Shown here: positions 52,693-63,409 of the stretch, one piece after another
How the letters are laid out: each line of letters begins with the position of its first letter
Position numbering within the stretch: position 1 is the stretch's first letter
The notes under the pieces: model-generated
The model's input: the letters and a program-made list of their open reading frames with translations, nothing else
Databases searched by the model: none
What the model was told of the DNA's origin: nothing
Assembly: GCA_963789395.1 (NCBI GenBank)
Contig: CAWBKP010000002.1
Span: forward strand, 8,019-72,018
Direction of reading: 5' to 3'
Source: an uncultured delta proteobacterium
GTDB lineage: Bacteria; Desulfobacterota; Desulfobacteria; Desulfobacterales; Desulfatirhabdiaceae
DNA: 64,000 bases
Made by a program: the position numbers and the translations under genes

Positions 52693-54771
52693 ATGCTGGA
52701 AGCCTTATTCAGACCCAAATCGGTTGCCGTGATCGGCGCCTCCGCCAAAGAACTGTCGATTGGAAACCGGATCATCAAAAACCTGATCGATTTCGGATAC
52801 ACCGGGGCCATTTACCCCATCAATCCCAAAGCCGATGAAATCCGGGGCGTCAAGGCCTATCCATCCATATTCGACGTTCCCGGCGAAATCGATCTGGCCC
52901 ATATGGTCATTGCCGGAAAATTTGTTCCCGATGCCGTGGAGGACTGCGGCAAAAAAGGGATCAAGGCCATCATCATCAATTCCGCCGGATTTACGGAAAT
53001 CGGTCCGGAAGGCGCGGCCCTCCAGAAGGATTTTCTGGAGCGGGCCAGGAAATACGGCATTCGCATTCTGGGGCCCAATTGCCAGGGCATCATCAATACG
53101 GACCCGGCGTTGAAGGCATACTGCAATTTTACCTTTACAAAGCCAGAGCCTGGGTTCATCTCCATTGTTGCGCAGAGCGGGGGTGTCGGCGAGCTGATTC
53201 ACCAGGGATTTTCGCAGATGGGCATCGGCACGCGGATTTATGCCTCCAACGGCAATGCCAGCGATGTGTCCATTACGGAAATCCTGGAATACATGGGAGA
53301 TGACGAGGGGACACGGGTCATCGTCCTGTATGTGGAGAGCCTGTCCGATCCCAAAGCCTTCATGGAAGTGGCGAAAAAAGTCAGCGCCCAAAAAACTATA
53401 CTGGCCATGAAGGCGGGCAGAACCGCCGAAGGTGCCAAGGCATCCTCGTCGCATACTGGCGGGCTGGCCAAAACGGACATCGCGATCGAGCTGATTTTCG
53501 AAAAACTGGGCATTCTGACGTTCCGGGATGAGGGCGAGCTGTGCCAAGCGGCTGCAGCGTTTGCCGCACAGTCCGTTCCCGCGGGAAACCGGGTGGGGAT
53601 CATCACCAATACGGGCGGACCTGCGGTGATTGCAACCGATGTCCTGGTGGATGCGGGAATGCAGATTCCCACGCTTTCTGAAAAATCCATAACGGAGCTC
53701 AAAGAAAAGCTTTTTGCCGAGGCTGCCTTCAGTAATCCGGTGGATGTACTGGCGACGGCCGATGCCGGTCATTTCCGGGCTGCGATGGACGTCATGATGG
53801 CCGAAGAGCAGATCGACAGCCTCTATATCAATTTCGTCACCCCGTTTTTTGTGGATACGGAAAAGGTTGCCCTTCAGATTGCCGAGGTGAACAAACAGCG
53901 GAAAAAGCCTATTGTCTGCAATCTTATGACCGATCCCCGGCAGTGGGTGGGAACGGTGGATATCCTTAAATCAGGCGGTGTTCCCTGCTACAGCTTTCCC
54001 GGTACGGCGGCGCGGGCGCTGGCCGCGTTGAGCCGCTATGGCGCGCTGAGATCGCGAAATATCGGCGAAGCAAAACGCTTCTCGGACGTGGATTCCTCAC
54101 GTGTGGCGGGAATTCTGAAAAATGCCGCTGATGCGGGTTGCGACATGTTGCCGGCCGGCGAGGTGTATTCGATATTGGAAGCGTACCGGATTCCCTGCGC
54201 GGCATGGAAAATAGCAGATACGGTCGCCGATGCCGAGGCAGCGGCGGATGCCATCGGCTATCCGGTCGTGATCAAGGCCGATGCCCCATCAGTCATTCAT
54301 AAAAGCGATGTCGGCGGGGTTGCCGTCAATCTCAAGACCCGGGAAGCGTTACGGGAGGCGGTATCAAGCATGTCAGCCAAAATCGGTGCATCCGATCTGA
54401 AGTTTCTGGTCCAGAAGTTTCAGCCGGGCGGCAAAGAAGTGATTGTCGGTGCCAAGGCTGAAAAAGGGTTGGGGCACCTGATCATGTTCGGATTGGGCGG
54501 GATCTATGTTGAAATCCTGAAGGATGTCGCATTCAAAATTACACCGGTCACAGAGGTCGAGGCAGGCGAGATGATCTCGTCCCTTAAAGCCGCCGCGCTG
54601 CTGACCGGCGTCCGGGGAGAGGCCGCCATCGATCGGCCGGCCGTCATCGAGATGATCCAGCGCCTGTCGCAACTGGTCACCGATTTTCCCGCAATCCGGG
54701 AAATGGACCTGAACCCGGTCATGGCCTTTTCGGATCGGATCCTTGCGGTTGACGCCAGAATTGCCCTGTAA
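52693..54771 (+). CDS. NDP-forming acyl-CoA synthetase (acetate-CoA ligase, fused alpha/beta)
   Basis: PKSVAVIGAS, LGPNC, QSGG, SHTG phospho-His, NPVD, HKSDVGGV, DLNPV..VDARI. Confidence 0.92.
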   Translation: MLEALFRPKSVAVIGASAKELSIGNRIIKNLIDFGYTGAIYPINPKADEIRGVKAYPSIFDVPGEIDLAHMVIAGKFVPDAVEDCGKKGIKAIIINSAGFTEIGPEGAALQKDFLERARKYGIRILGPNCQGIINTDPALKAYCNFTFTKPEPGFISIVAQSGGVGELIHQGFSQMGIGTRIYASNGNASDVSITEILEYMGDDEGTRVIVLYVESLSDPKAFMEVAKKVSAQKTILAMKAGRTAEGAKASSSHTGGLAKTDIAIELIFEKLGILTFRDEGELCQAAAAFAAQSVPAGNRVGIITNTGGPAVIATDVLVDAGMQIPTLSEKSITELKEKLFAEAAFSNPVDVLATADAGHFRAAMDVMMAEEQIDSLYINFVTPFFVDTEKVALQIAEVNKQRKKPIVCNLMTDPRQWVGTVDILKSGGVPCYSFPGTAARALAALSRYGALRSRNIGEAKRFSDVDSSRVAGILKNAADAGCDMLPAGEVYSILEAYRIPCAAWKIADTVADAEAAADAIGYPVVIKADAPSVIHKSDVGGVAVNLKTREALREAVSSMSAKIGASDLKFLVQKFQPGGKEVIVGAKAEKGLGHLIMFGLGGIYVEILKDVAFKITPVTEVEAGEMISSLKAAALLTGVRGEAAIDRPAVIEMIQRLSQLVTDFPAIREMDLNPVMAFSDRILAVDARIAL

Positions 54772-54794
54772 TCCGTTCATCTGAAAACGGTTCT

Positions 54795-54838
54795 TCCCTG
54801 GCAATGGGGCGGCCCAACGGCCGTCCCATTGCCAGGGA
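54795..54838. terminator. 20-bp GC-rich hairpin after the ACD gene
   Basis: TCCCTGGCAATGGGGCGGCC-CAAC-GGCCGTCCCATTGCCAGGGA; no adjacent U-tract on the + strand. Confidence 0.55.
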
Positions 54839-55036
54839 TGTAACAACCACACAACCGGTTGGTTGCCGCCGAAAAAATCTCGCCTTGGCCCGCAGCTTTT
54901 CTTTTATTCAATTTTATCTGGCGTATATTTCTGCCCGCTGAAAGGTGCGTGTATCCTTTCCAATTTGTGCTGTTCAAAGTGACCGCTCGACTGCCTGTAA
55001 CAATCAACCCATTGATAAAGGCGGCGGTACAAAAAG

Positions 55037-55278
55037 ATGGAAAAGAATTGGCTTAAAAATTGGCCTTCGGATGTGCCCATGGAAATAGCGTATCTTCCAG
55101 GGCAGCAAGCCTTTGTTCGAATATTTACGTGTTCATGCCGGAACCTGGCCCGATAAGACCGCCATCAATTATTGCGGACTCAAAGTCTCCTATGCTGAAC
55201 TCGATTGACTGACAGACAATTTTGCCACTTATTTGTCACGCGAGGGGGTCCGGAAAGGCGACCGGGTGGCAATGATGG
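55037..55278 (+). pseudogene. N-terminal remnant of a long-chain acyl-CoA ligase (AMP-binding, FadD-like)
   Basis: MEKNWLKNWPSDVPMEIAY / KPLFEYLRVHAGTWPDKTAINYCGLKVSYAELD*LTDNFATYLSREGVRKGDRVAMM; has a frameshift, an in-frame TGA at 55206 and a truncation. Confidence 0.75.
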
Positions 55279-55385
55279 GAAGTATCAAAAATCAAGGACA
55301 TTGAATTTGCCGGGCCATGGCAAAAGTGACGGCAAGGGAAGGTCCCGGAATGAGAGCGAATTGACACATTATATAGGGATTCAGC

Positions 55386-55955
55386 ATGAACGAGAAAAAA
55401 TTTGATCCGAAAAAACTGGATAAACTCAATAATCCTCAGAGACTATTGGATATCCCCGTAGAATACATTTGGAATAAAATCCATCTGATTGATCCGGTTG
55501 TATTGGTTGATATCGGCGCCGGGACGGGTTTTTTCAGTGTTCCTTTTCTCAAATATGTAAAGAACGGCAAAATTTTCGCCTGCGACACATCCGATATTAT
55601 GATCCAATGGATGAAAAATAATATTTGTCCCCAATATCCCAACATTGTCCCGCTGAAAATGGAAGAAAGTGCCGTTCCTCTCGAAGATGGAATTGCAGAC
55701 CTGGTATATATGATAAATTTGCACCATGAGCTGGATCAGCCGCAGACGATACTCGAAGAATCGTTTAGAATCTTAAAAAAGAACGGCGCCATATTTATTG
55801 TTGATTGGAAAAAAGAAGATATGCCCGAGGGGCCTCCCCTGAATATCCGATACTTGCCTGAACAGGTTGAGGACCAATTGGTGAGCGCTAACTTTAAAAA
55901 AGTTAATATTTTTAATGAGATACCAAAACACTTTTTAGTCGTCGCCGAAAAGTGA
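55386..55955 (+). CDS. Class I SAM-dependent methyltransferase
   Basis: VDIGAGTGFF, LHHEL, RILK.NG..IVDW..GPP. Confidence 0.88.
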   Translation: MNEKKFDPKKLDKLNNPQRLLDIPVEYIWNKIHLIDPVVLVDIGAGTGFFSVPFLKYVKNGKIFACDTSDIMIQWMKNNICPQYPNIVPLKMEESAVPLEDGIADLVYMINLHHELDQPQTILEESFRILKKNGAIFIVDWKKEDMPEGPPLNIRYLPEQVEDQLVSANFKKVNIFNEIPKHFLVVAEK

Positions 55956-56089
55956 ATACAGCCTGACACCAAACGGCCGACCGGAGGGTGCGGGCGCTGC
56001 CTGCAGAGATGCCATCTGCTCCATATCATTTCCCCCGGTGCCGCACGGCCGGAACGTTTATTGCCGCATTTCGTGAAAGGAGTAACCCC

Positions 56090-56437
56090 ATGAAAAAGTT
56101 CGCCCTGTTTGTATTCAACGGAGATCCGATGTGTTTCATCCATGTGCTTTTGAATGCACTGGACATGAAAGCCAAGGGACATGAAGCGAAAATCATCATT
56201 GAAGGGGCTTCGGTCAAAATGATTCCAGAGCTGGTGAAACCCGAAAATCCCTTGAACGGATTGTGGAAAAAGAATCTTGAGGCGGGACTGGTTGAAGGGG
56301 TCTGTAAGGCATGTTCCAATAAACTGGGAACCCTTGAGGCTGCAAAAGAGCAAGGTCTGACCCTTCTTGATGATATGTCCGGCCATCCCGGCATGGCAGC
56401 ATACCGGGATAACGGATACGAAATTATTACATTCTGA
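56090..56437 (+). CDS. DsrE-like small protein
   Basis: FVFNGDPMCFIHVLLNALDM, IIEGAS, VCKAC, GHP..Y...GYEIITF. Confidence 0.75.
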   Translation: MKKFALFVFNGDPMCFIHVLLNALDMKAKGHEAKIIIEGASVKMIPELVKPENPLNGLWKKNLEAGLVEGVCKACSNKLGTLEAAKEQGLTLLDDMSGHPGMAAYRDNGYEIITF

Positions 56438-56577
56438 TCAGGGAAAGTTAGGGGACGGTCTGGAACGCAGTGCCGGCGGATGGTCGGCGGTGAAGATGCT
56501 TCCCAAATAGGCTATGCGAATGAAAGCCGATAAACTGGATGGATCGCTTTGATTTTTTTCGAAAACCGGAGGTTATA

Positions 56578-57399
56578 ATGGGTCTATTGACCATCGATCA
56601 GAAGAAATGTAAGCAGGATGGTTTCTGCGCGGCCGAGTGTCCCATGGGGGTCATTCGGTTCAAAGGAAAAGAAAGCTACCCGGAGATTTTGCCCGAAAGT
56701 GAGCCGATGTGCATCCGCTGCGGACACTGCGTGGCGGTTTGTCCCCATGGCGCCCTGGATCATGCCGAGGTGCCGCTGGCTGCTTGCACGGCCATCGATA
56801 AGGCGCTTTTCATCTCGCCGGCACAGACCGAGCAGTTCCTGCGCTCGCGCCGCTCGGTCCGGCAATTCAAGGATAAGCCGGTGGAGCAGTCCACGTTGCA
56901 GCGGCTGATAGAAACCGCTCGCTATGCCCCGACGGCCAGTAACTCGCAATTGGTGGAGTGGCTGGTTATCAACGACCCGAAGCGGCTGCAAGCCATCGCC
57001 GGTCAGGTGATCGACTGGATGCGGTCTCTGCTGCAGGATCCGAAATCGGTGGTGATGCCTTACTACCCCTTGCTGGTGAGCGCCTGGGAGGCCGGTATCG
57101 ATACAGTGCTGCGTTCCGCCCCTTGTCTGGTAACGGCCATGGCGCCGGGGCCGGCGCCCATCCGTATGGTCGATCTGACCCTTGCGCTCAGTTACCTGGA
57201 GTTGGCCGCGCCCCAATACGGGCTGGGGACCTGCTGGGCCGGTCTGCTGCAAGGCGCGATGCTCGCCAGCCCCGCACTGAAGCAGTCGGTGGGTATTCCC
57301 CCGGACTACCCGTTTCATTTTCCGATGATGATCGGCTATGCCGACGTGCGCTATTACCGGCTGCCTGAACGCCAGGCGCCAAAAATCCACTGGCGATGA
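56578..57399 (+). CDS. Nitroreductase with an N-terminal 2x[4Fe-4S] ferredoxin domain
   Basis: CKQDGFCAAECP, CIRCGHCVAVCP, RRSVRQF, APTASNSQ, GLGTCWAG. Confidence 0.92.
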   Translation: MGLLTIDQKKCKQDGFCAAECPMGVIRFKGKESYPEILPESEPMCIRCGHCVAVCPHGALDHAEVPLAACTAIDKALFISPAQTEQFLRSRRSVRQFKDKPVEQSTLQRLIETARYAPTASNSQLVEWLVINDPKRLQAIAGQVIDWMRSLLQDPKSVVMPYYPLLVSAWEAGIDTVLRSAPCLVTAMAPGPAPIRMVDLTLALSYLELAAPQYGLGTCWAGLLQGAMLASPALKQSVGIPPDYPFHFPMMIGYADVRYYRLPERQAPKIHWR

Positions 57400-57516
57400 C
57401 ACCAGTTGGGGCAAGGACCTTTTATCCAAGAGATATAAACCCGGCAAAAACATCCTGCGGGCAATCCGCGGAAGTTCATGTTATATAGACCCGATTCAGA
57501 AAAAGGAGCAAATGCC

Positions 57517-58276
57517 ATGAATAGAAGAATCGCGATAATCACCGGCGGCAGCCGCGGCCTGGGCAAAAATGCAGCTCTCAAACTTGCGGAAAGGGGCATG
57601 GATGTTATCTTCACATACCACAGCAGGCAAGCGGAAGCAGATGCTGTGGCAACTGAAATCACGCGCCTTGGCAGCAAAGCGGTGGCCTTGCCGCTCGATG
57701 TCGGCAACAGCAGCACGTTTGCGGCCTTCAGCGAGCGGGTGAAGGTGGAATTGGCGTCGAATTGGCAGCGCTCAACCTTCGACTTTCTGGTAAATAATGC
57801 CGGCAGCGGGATTCGTGCCCCTTTCAGCGAAACGACAGAAACGCAGTTCGATCTGATGATGAATATTCATCTGAAAGGGGTATTTTTCCTGACACAGTCC
57901 CTGTTGCCGCTGATGGCCGATGGCGGGAGGATTCTGAATGTGTCGTCAGGCCTGACACGCTTCTCCCTCCCCCGGCCATGCCGCTTACGCCACCATGAAA
58001 GGAGCCGTTGAAGTGCTGACCCGGTACCTTGCCAAGGAGCTCGGCGGCCGCGGTATAGCCGTCAACGTCATTGCACCGGGCGCTATCGAGACCGATTTCG
58101 GCGGAGGAGCGGTGCGTGACAATCCGGAGCTGAACGCCTTCATTGCTTCCCAGACCGCCTTAGGCCGCGTGGGGCAGCCGGATGATATCGGCGGGGTTAT
58201 CGCTGCGCTGCTCTCGCCGGAATGCCGCTGGATCAACGCCCAGCGGATCGAGGCGTCGGGCGGGGTGTTTATTTGA
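57517..58276 (+). CDS. Short-chain dehydrogenase/reductase, frameshift in a C-run ~57970
   Basis: TGGSRGLG, NNAG, NVSSG; YATMK catalytic motif and VNVIAPG lie in the shifted frame. Confidence 0.88.
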
Positions 58277-58448
58277 TGCGTCGGGACCTCAGCAATCTTC
58301 TCAGGTGTCTCTTGAGCCGGTTGCGCATGAAGTTGTCAGCTTGCGCACCGGTCCTGCGGAGTCGCCATGTGGGTAAAATATATTAAGTGCATGCTTGTAT
58401 TCGCGGCGATTCACTCAATCAGTTGATTCGAAATATTCCGAGTGAACG

Positions 58449-59426
58449 TTATTTCGACAGCATGGCTTCAAGCCGGTTTCGGATGATTTCCTCGGCCTGG
58501 GACATGATGCGGTCAATGAGTTCTCCGCATGTGGGAATGTCATGGATCAGGCCGGCAACCATACCGCATGACCAGACACCGGCATCCATTTCCCCATCCA
58601 TCATGATCTTGGGATACACTCCGGCCACCTCTTCGATGATGTCCTCAAACCGGATATTCTTGCCGAGCGACGTCTCTTTTTCCAGCAGACGCGATGCGGC
58701 GGGGTTATTCAATACCCGCTCGGTGTTTCGCAGCGGGCGCATCACCAGGCGGGTATCCAGCTCTGTTGCGGCAAGAATTGCCTGCTTGACATTTTCATGT
58801 ACCGGCGCTTCCTTGGTTGCGATAAAGCGCGTACCCATGTTGATGCCGTCCGCACCCAGGGCCAGGGAAGCCACCAGGCTGCGCCCGTCTGCCATGCCCC
58901 CTGAAGCTACAAAGGGGATTTTCAGTTCTTCTGCGGCCCGGGGCAGCAACACCATATTGGGGATATCGTCCTCTCCCGGATGCCCGCCGCACTCAAACCC
59001 GTCTACGGAAACAGCATCGCATCCGATGGCCTCGGCCTTGAGGGCATGCCGTACGGACGTGCATTTATGGATAATCGTTACGCCGGCGTCCTTGAGTTCC
59101 GGCAGATACTCCCGGGGATTGCGGCCTGCTGTTTCGACAATTTTCACGCCGCCTTCGATGATTGCGCGGATATATCCCGGATAATCCGGAGAGGTAACTG
59201 TGGGCAGAAAGGTCAGATTCACGCCAAAAGGCTTGCCCGTCATTTTTTTGCAGCGCACGATCTCCTTTGAAAGTGCTTCCGGCGTCTTCTGGGTCAGGGC
59301 CGTAATGATCCCGAGGCCGCCGGCGTTGGATACCGCGGCAGCCAGTTCTGCAAATCCGACATAGTGCATCCCGCCCTGAATGATCGGATGCTCGATATGC
59401 AACAGTTCGGTTATGCGTGTTTTCAT
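58449..59426 (-). CDS. Nitronate monooxygenase / FabK-like flavoprotein
   Basis: PIIQGGM, AVSNAGGLG, GFECGGHPG, ASGG, MGTRF. Confidence 0.9.
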   Translation of the reverse strand: MKTRITELLHIEHPIIQGGMHYVGFAELAAAVSNAGGLGIITALTQKTPEALSKEIVRCKKMTGKPFGVNLTFLPTVTSPDYPGYIRAIIEGGVKIVETAGRNPREYLPELKDAGVTIIHKCTSVRHALKAEAIGCDAVSVDGFECGGHPGEDDIPNMVLLPRAAEELKIPFVASGGMADGRSLVASLALGADGINMGTRFIATKEAPVHENVKQAILAATELDTRLVMRPLRNTERVLNNPAASRLLEKETSLGKNIRFEDIIEEVAGVYPKIMMDGEMDAGVWSCGMVAGLIHDIPTCGELIDRIMSQAEEIIRNRLEAMLSK

Positions 59427-59529
59427 GAAGTGTCCCTCCGAAAATGTTTGATTGATGTCATATAGATCCTTATAACATGAAAACAACCAAGTAAAAATGC
59501 CTGCTTTTGAAATGCTGTCGTCTTAAAAT

Positions 59530-59731
59530 CAAGAAAATGGCCCGGGAGATAGCCCGCATGCCGTCTGGCGCCGTCCGTGCCAAAGCCCTGCTTCGCCATG
59601 GCAGCCACTCCACCATCGACCAGGTGCTGGACCATGAGTCCCTGGTCTTTCAAAGCGCTTCCCAGACCCGGGATCATTATGTGGCGGTGTGCCGGATTAT
59701 GGAAGAGCTGAAGCAGGCCGAAAAGCAGTAA
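59530..59731 (+). pseudogene. C-terminal remnant of an enoyl-CoA hydratase/crotonase-family gene
   Basis: KKMAREIARMPSGAVRAKALL...IDQVLDHE..FQ....TRDH..AV resembles crotonase C-terminal helices; no N-terminal part is present. Confidence 0.55.
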
Positions 59732-59810
59732 ATCCAAACGTACCGGCGCGCTGTTTTGAGACTGCGGGAAACATCAATCACTACAATATGTAACCGAATA
59801 AAAAAAGGAC

Positions 59811-61118
59811 ATGATGCACTCATATCTTTCAAAGGAAGATACGTTTTCGGCCGAATTAAAAAGGCTAAGGCGCATGTTCCATCAAAACCCCGAAATCGGA
59901 TTTGCCGAATTCTGGACAACGGCCAGAATCTGTGAATATCTCAGTGGCTTAAATTGCGATCTATTTTATGGAGCGGCGTTATATGACGATTTTCCCGAAC
60001 CGGAATTGTTGAAAAAATGGGACAATGAAATATATGAATCCGCCAAAGAACGCTATAAAGAGGACGCATGGATCCCCAGACTGAATGGCCGGACGGGGCT
60101 TGTAGCCGTCATAAAGGGAAAACAGCCAGGGCCGAATGTCGGTTTCAGAGTTGATATGGATGGTCTTCCCATAGAAGAATCAAACGAAGCATCCCATATT
60201 CCGCTTGTGGAAGGCTTCCATTCCACGAATAAAAACATGCATGCCTGCGGCCACGATGGACACATAGCCATAGGGCTCGGGTTGGTGATAAAATTATCGG
60301 AGAATGCGGAAGCATTAAACGGAACATATTACATCCTGTTCCAACCGGCAGAAGAATTGATTTCCGGGGGAAAAATATTTTCAAAACTGAGTTTTGTACA
60401 GGAGTTGAATTACTTTATTCCCGTTCACATCGGTCTGATCGGCGAGAGAAAGGTGGTGTGCGGCGTTTCATTCCTGGCGGATAAACGATACAGGGTCCTG
60501 TTCAAGGGAAGGAGCTCCCATGCGGGTGCATCTCCCGAGAAAGGCAACAATGCCTTGGCTGCAGCCTGCAGCGCGGTGACCGGTTTATATGGTATTTCAA
60601 GGCATAGCGGCGGGTGCTCACGAATAAATATCGGAGAGTTTATATCGAAAAATGCATCAAACATCATCTCCGACAAAGCGCAATTCGAGCTGGATTTGAG
60701 AGGCGAAACAGACGAAATCTGCGACTATTTAGGGCGTCAGGCACAGAACATCATCCATGGCGCATCCATCATGTACGGTATTGACCATGAAATCAGTTTT
60801 GTCGCGGAATCTGAAACGGCAGTTAATTCAGCCGAATTGATCGCACTGGTAAGAAACGTGTGTCTTGAGGCGGGCCTTGCGGCAGATGACATTGTCGACA
60901 ATTATCTGGTGCCGGGTAGCGAAGATGCGACGTTTATCATGAACGCCGTTTTAAAAAACGGCGGATTGTCAACCTACATCTGTATCGGCTCCCCGACATC
61001 CGGCGGACATCATAATGAAAAATTTGATTTTGATGAAGATGTTTTGTTTCAGGGAGTAAATATGTTACACAAAATTGCTGAAAAAATATCGAAAGCGCAT
61101 ATGGCGATCGAGATTTAA
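59811..61118 (+). CDS. M20 family amidohydrolase (AbgA-like)
   Basis: RRMFHQNPEIGFAE, RVDMDGLP, MHACGHDGH, FQPAEE, SHAG, GSEDA, HHNEKFD. Confidence 0.9.
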   Translation: MMHSYLSKEDTFSAELKRLRRMFHQNPEIGFAEFWTTARICEYLSGLNCDLFYGAALYDDFPEPELLKKWDNEIYESAKERYKEDAWIPRLNGRTGLVAVIKGKQPGPNVGFRVDMDGLPIEESNEASHIPLVEGFHSTNKNMHACGHDGHIAIGLGLVIKLSENAEALNGTYYILFQPAEELISGGKIFSKLSFVQELNYFIPVHIGLIGERKVVCGVSFLADKRYRVLFKGRSSHAGASPEKGNNALAAACSAVTGLYGISRHSGGCSRINIGEFISKNASNIISDKAQFELDLRGETDEICDYLGRQAQNIIHGASIMYGIDHEISFVAESETAVNSAELIALVRNVCLEAGLAADDIVDNYLVPGSEDATFIMNAVLKNGGLSTYICIGSPTSGGHHNEKFDFDEDVLFQGVNMLHKIAEKISKAHMAIEI

Positions 61119-61254
61119 TTTTAAGTCCATGCGGCTGGTGGCTGGATGCTACGGGCAAGGTCCGATATCCACCTGGAGGAGGGATCAGAAGATCCACCTG
61201 TAACATAAAAATAACAGCAATATTGGTACGAGCGATTATTGAACCCTATTATGG

Positions 61255-61963
61255 TTAAAAATGTCCGGCCGTAAACAAACTGTGAGCATGATTGACCATT
61301 GTTACTGCATCGAATACGGGCAGGCCGGTCGCCTGCCGGACCGTATCGGCATAGGGCGGCATGTTGGTGCACTCTAAAACGACGGCTCCGACATCAGGAT
61401 GCTCAAGCATTAAATGATCGGCGGCCGACTGCATTTCCCGCCGGCATTCGGATTCATCAAGGGGTTGCTTCCCTCCGATAAATACGGCGCTGAACTCCGG
61501 TGCATCTTCCATACCGACGATCGCCAGCGGGTAATCACTGATGCCCACACCGGCCAGATGCGCGTCGGTCAGCGATTGTCGGCGTGCGGTGATAATGCCG
61601 ATTTTTTGATTACTGCGGATCACCTGCCGGGCCAGATGCACCTGCAGCAGGCTTGAGGTAAAAACGGGCACCGGAAGTGCCTCGAGCAATTGCCGATGAA
61701 ACAGCGACATGAATCCGCAACTTGTGGTGATCGCTTTCACATCCCGGGAGGCCAAAGTCAGTCCGGCATCGATGAAATCCCTGATCAGCCCGGTGTCGGC
61801 GTCCACAACAACCTTTTGAGGCGTGGCACCCTTGACCGTTTGGTACAGCCGGGAAGGAGAAGGTGTCCGGATTCCCGATGTCGCCTTTTATCCTCTGAAA
61901 TGCGGTTTCCAGCATGAGAATGCCGATGAGCGGCTTTTTCCCGATATCGCGCGAATTTTTCAT
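61255..61963 (-). CDS. Asp/Glu racemase-family protein, frameshift ~61850
   Basis: IGILML...GDIGNPDTF.FP, TSCGF, VFTSSL, LECTNMPPY. Confidence 0.85.
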
Positions 61964-62002
61964 GCCGGACTCCTTACCCCGCAGAAACTCATTGGTTGGT
62001 CT

Positions 62003-63409
62003 TCACAGCCCGGACCCTGCAAGAATGCCTAAATATACGGGCTTTACGGGCATGCGTACGGATGGCAGCGGAATTTGAGAAAGGGGCTTTCCGGTGAGGG
62101 CTGAAAGCACGTCCAGCAGGATCGTTTTGCAGGTGCTGCCCTGGCAGATCCCCATGGCGCAGCGGGTGGCTTTTTTCACGCCAGCCGGCGTGTCGAATCC
62201 CTCGGCCACTGCCCGGCGTATGTCGCCCAGGCTTACCCCCTCGCAGCGACAGACGGGAACCTCGTCCGGCAGGCTGCGGATCCAGCAGGCCATATATTCC
62301 TGCGGGAACGTGTACTGAGAATTAAAATAGCGGGCAAACGCCATCTGATGCTGACGGATCTTTTTGAGTGCGCAGATCTCCGCATAAAGTTCACCGGGTT
62401 TCAGCAGGCCCATCTGCTGCAGGATCCCATAGCCGGCAAGCCGCCCTTCGGCCATGGACTTGGCGGCCCCGCCGACGGCTGTGATTTCGCCGGCGGCATG
62501 TATCCCCGCAACGCCGGTTTCAAATTGCCCGTTCACAGTCACGACCCAGCCGCCCAGCTGGGAATTGAACGACAGCCCGCAGCCGGCGAGCTGTGCCAGC
62601 TCGACGTTGGCGGTGAAGCCGAATCCCGCGGCAAGGCAGCCGGTGCGGTAGACGGTTTCGCTGCCGGGGACAATTGCGCCATTGTTGTCGACGCGGGCGG
62701 CCACCACTTCGCGCAGGGTCTTGTCCCCCCGGGCCGCAAGGATGCGGGTGGTGCTGCGCACGGCAGTTCCGGAAAGCAGCAGCCTGCCGAGCAGGGCGCC
62801 GCCCAGTGCGAACTTGGTGAACTGCCGGACCAGAAGGCCAGGCGCCGGCATCCGCCTGAAAAAGGACGTCTCGTTGAGAAGGGTCGGCACGCGGCCACCG
62901 CTCTTCTGGATGTCGCGGGCCACGGCGGTCAGGAAAAGACCGGCGCCGGCGACCAGTGTCTCTCTTGCCGGGAGTATTCCCGACTGCTTGATGAGGATCT
63001 GGACGGCGCCGGTGGCCAGGATGCCGGGCAGGGTCCAGCCCTCGAAAGGCATGAACCGCTCGCGGGCGCCGGTGGCCAGCAGGATGCGTTCGCACGTCAC
63101 TGTGGAAAGCCCGCCGTTTTTCTGCGCAACCAGAAGTTCAAATCCGGCCTCGATTCCGAGTACTTCGGCGCGGCTTGCGATTTCAACGGAAGATCGGGGC
63201 AGGTGCTCGATCAGGCGCAGACCCTGTCGCCTGACGCCGTCGCTCCGGGAACTACCCGATCGCCTTCCCCCGCGCAGGTACTGCCCTCCCAGGTGCAGGT
63301 TGTCATCCAGCACCAGCACGCTGACACCGCGGCGACCCAGCACATCGGCCGCGGCGGCCCCGGCGATGCCTCCGCCGACGATGGCGACATCCACGCGCTT
63401 AGCGGCCAT
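62003..63409 (-). CDS. FAD/NAD(P) oxidoreductase with a BFD-like C-terminus (HcnB/OoxA/proline dehydrogenase alpha-like)
   Basis: GGGIAG, LGGQY, LATGARER..PF.GWTLPG, CRCE, TRCAMGICQG..C, RMPVKP. Confidence 0.87.
   Translation of the reverse strand: MAAKRVDVAIVGGGIAGAAAADVLGRRGVSVLVLDDNLHLGGQYLRGGRRSGSSRSDGVRRQGLRLIEHLPRSSVEIASRAEVLGIEAGFELLVAQKNGGLSTVTCERILLATGARERFMPFEGWTLPGILATGAVQILIKQSGILPARETLVAGAGLFLTAVARDIQKSGGRVPTLLNETSFFRRMPAPGLLVRQFTKFALGGALLGRLLLSGTAVRSTTRILAARGDKTLREVVAARVDNNGAIVPGSETVYRTGCLAAGFGFTANVELAQLAGCGLSFNSQLGGWVVTVNGQFETGVAGIHAAGEITAVGGAAKSMAEGRLAGYGILQQMGLLKPGELYAEICALKKIRQHQMAFARYFNSQYTFPQEYMACWIRSLPDEVPVCRCEGVSLGDIRRAVAEGFDTPAGVKKATRCAMGICQGSTCKTILLDVLSALTGKPLSQIPLPSVRMPVKPVYLGILAGSGL

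Noticed and set aside
52705..53772. Long antisense ORFs (also 49231-50310, 56584-57453, 62348-63415, 35610-36458)
   Set aside because: Shadow ORFs opposite well-supported genes, with no recognisable motifs.
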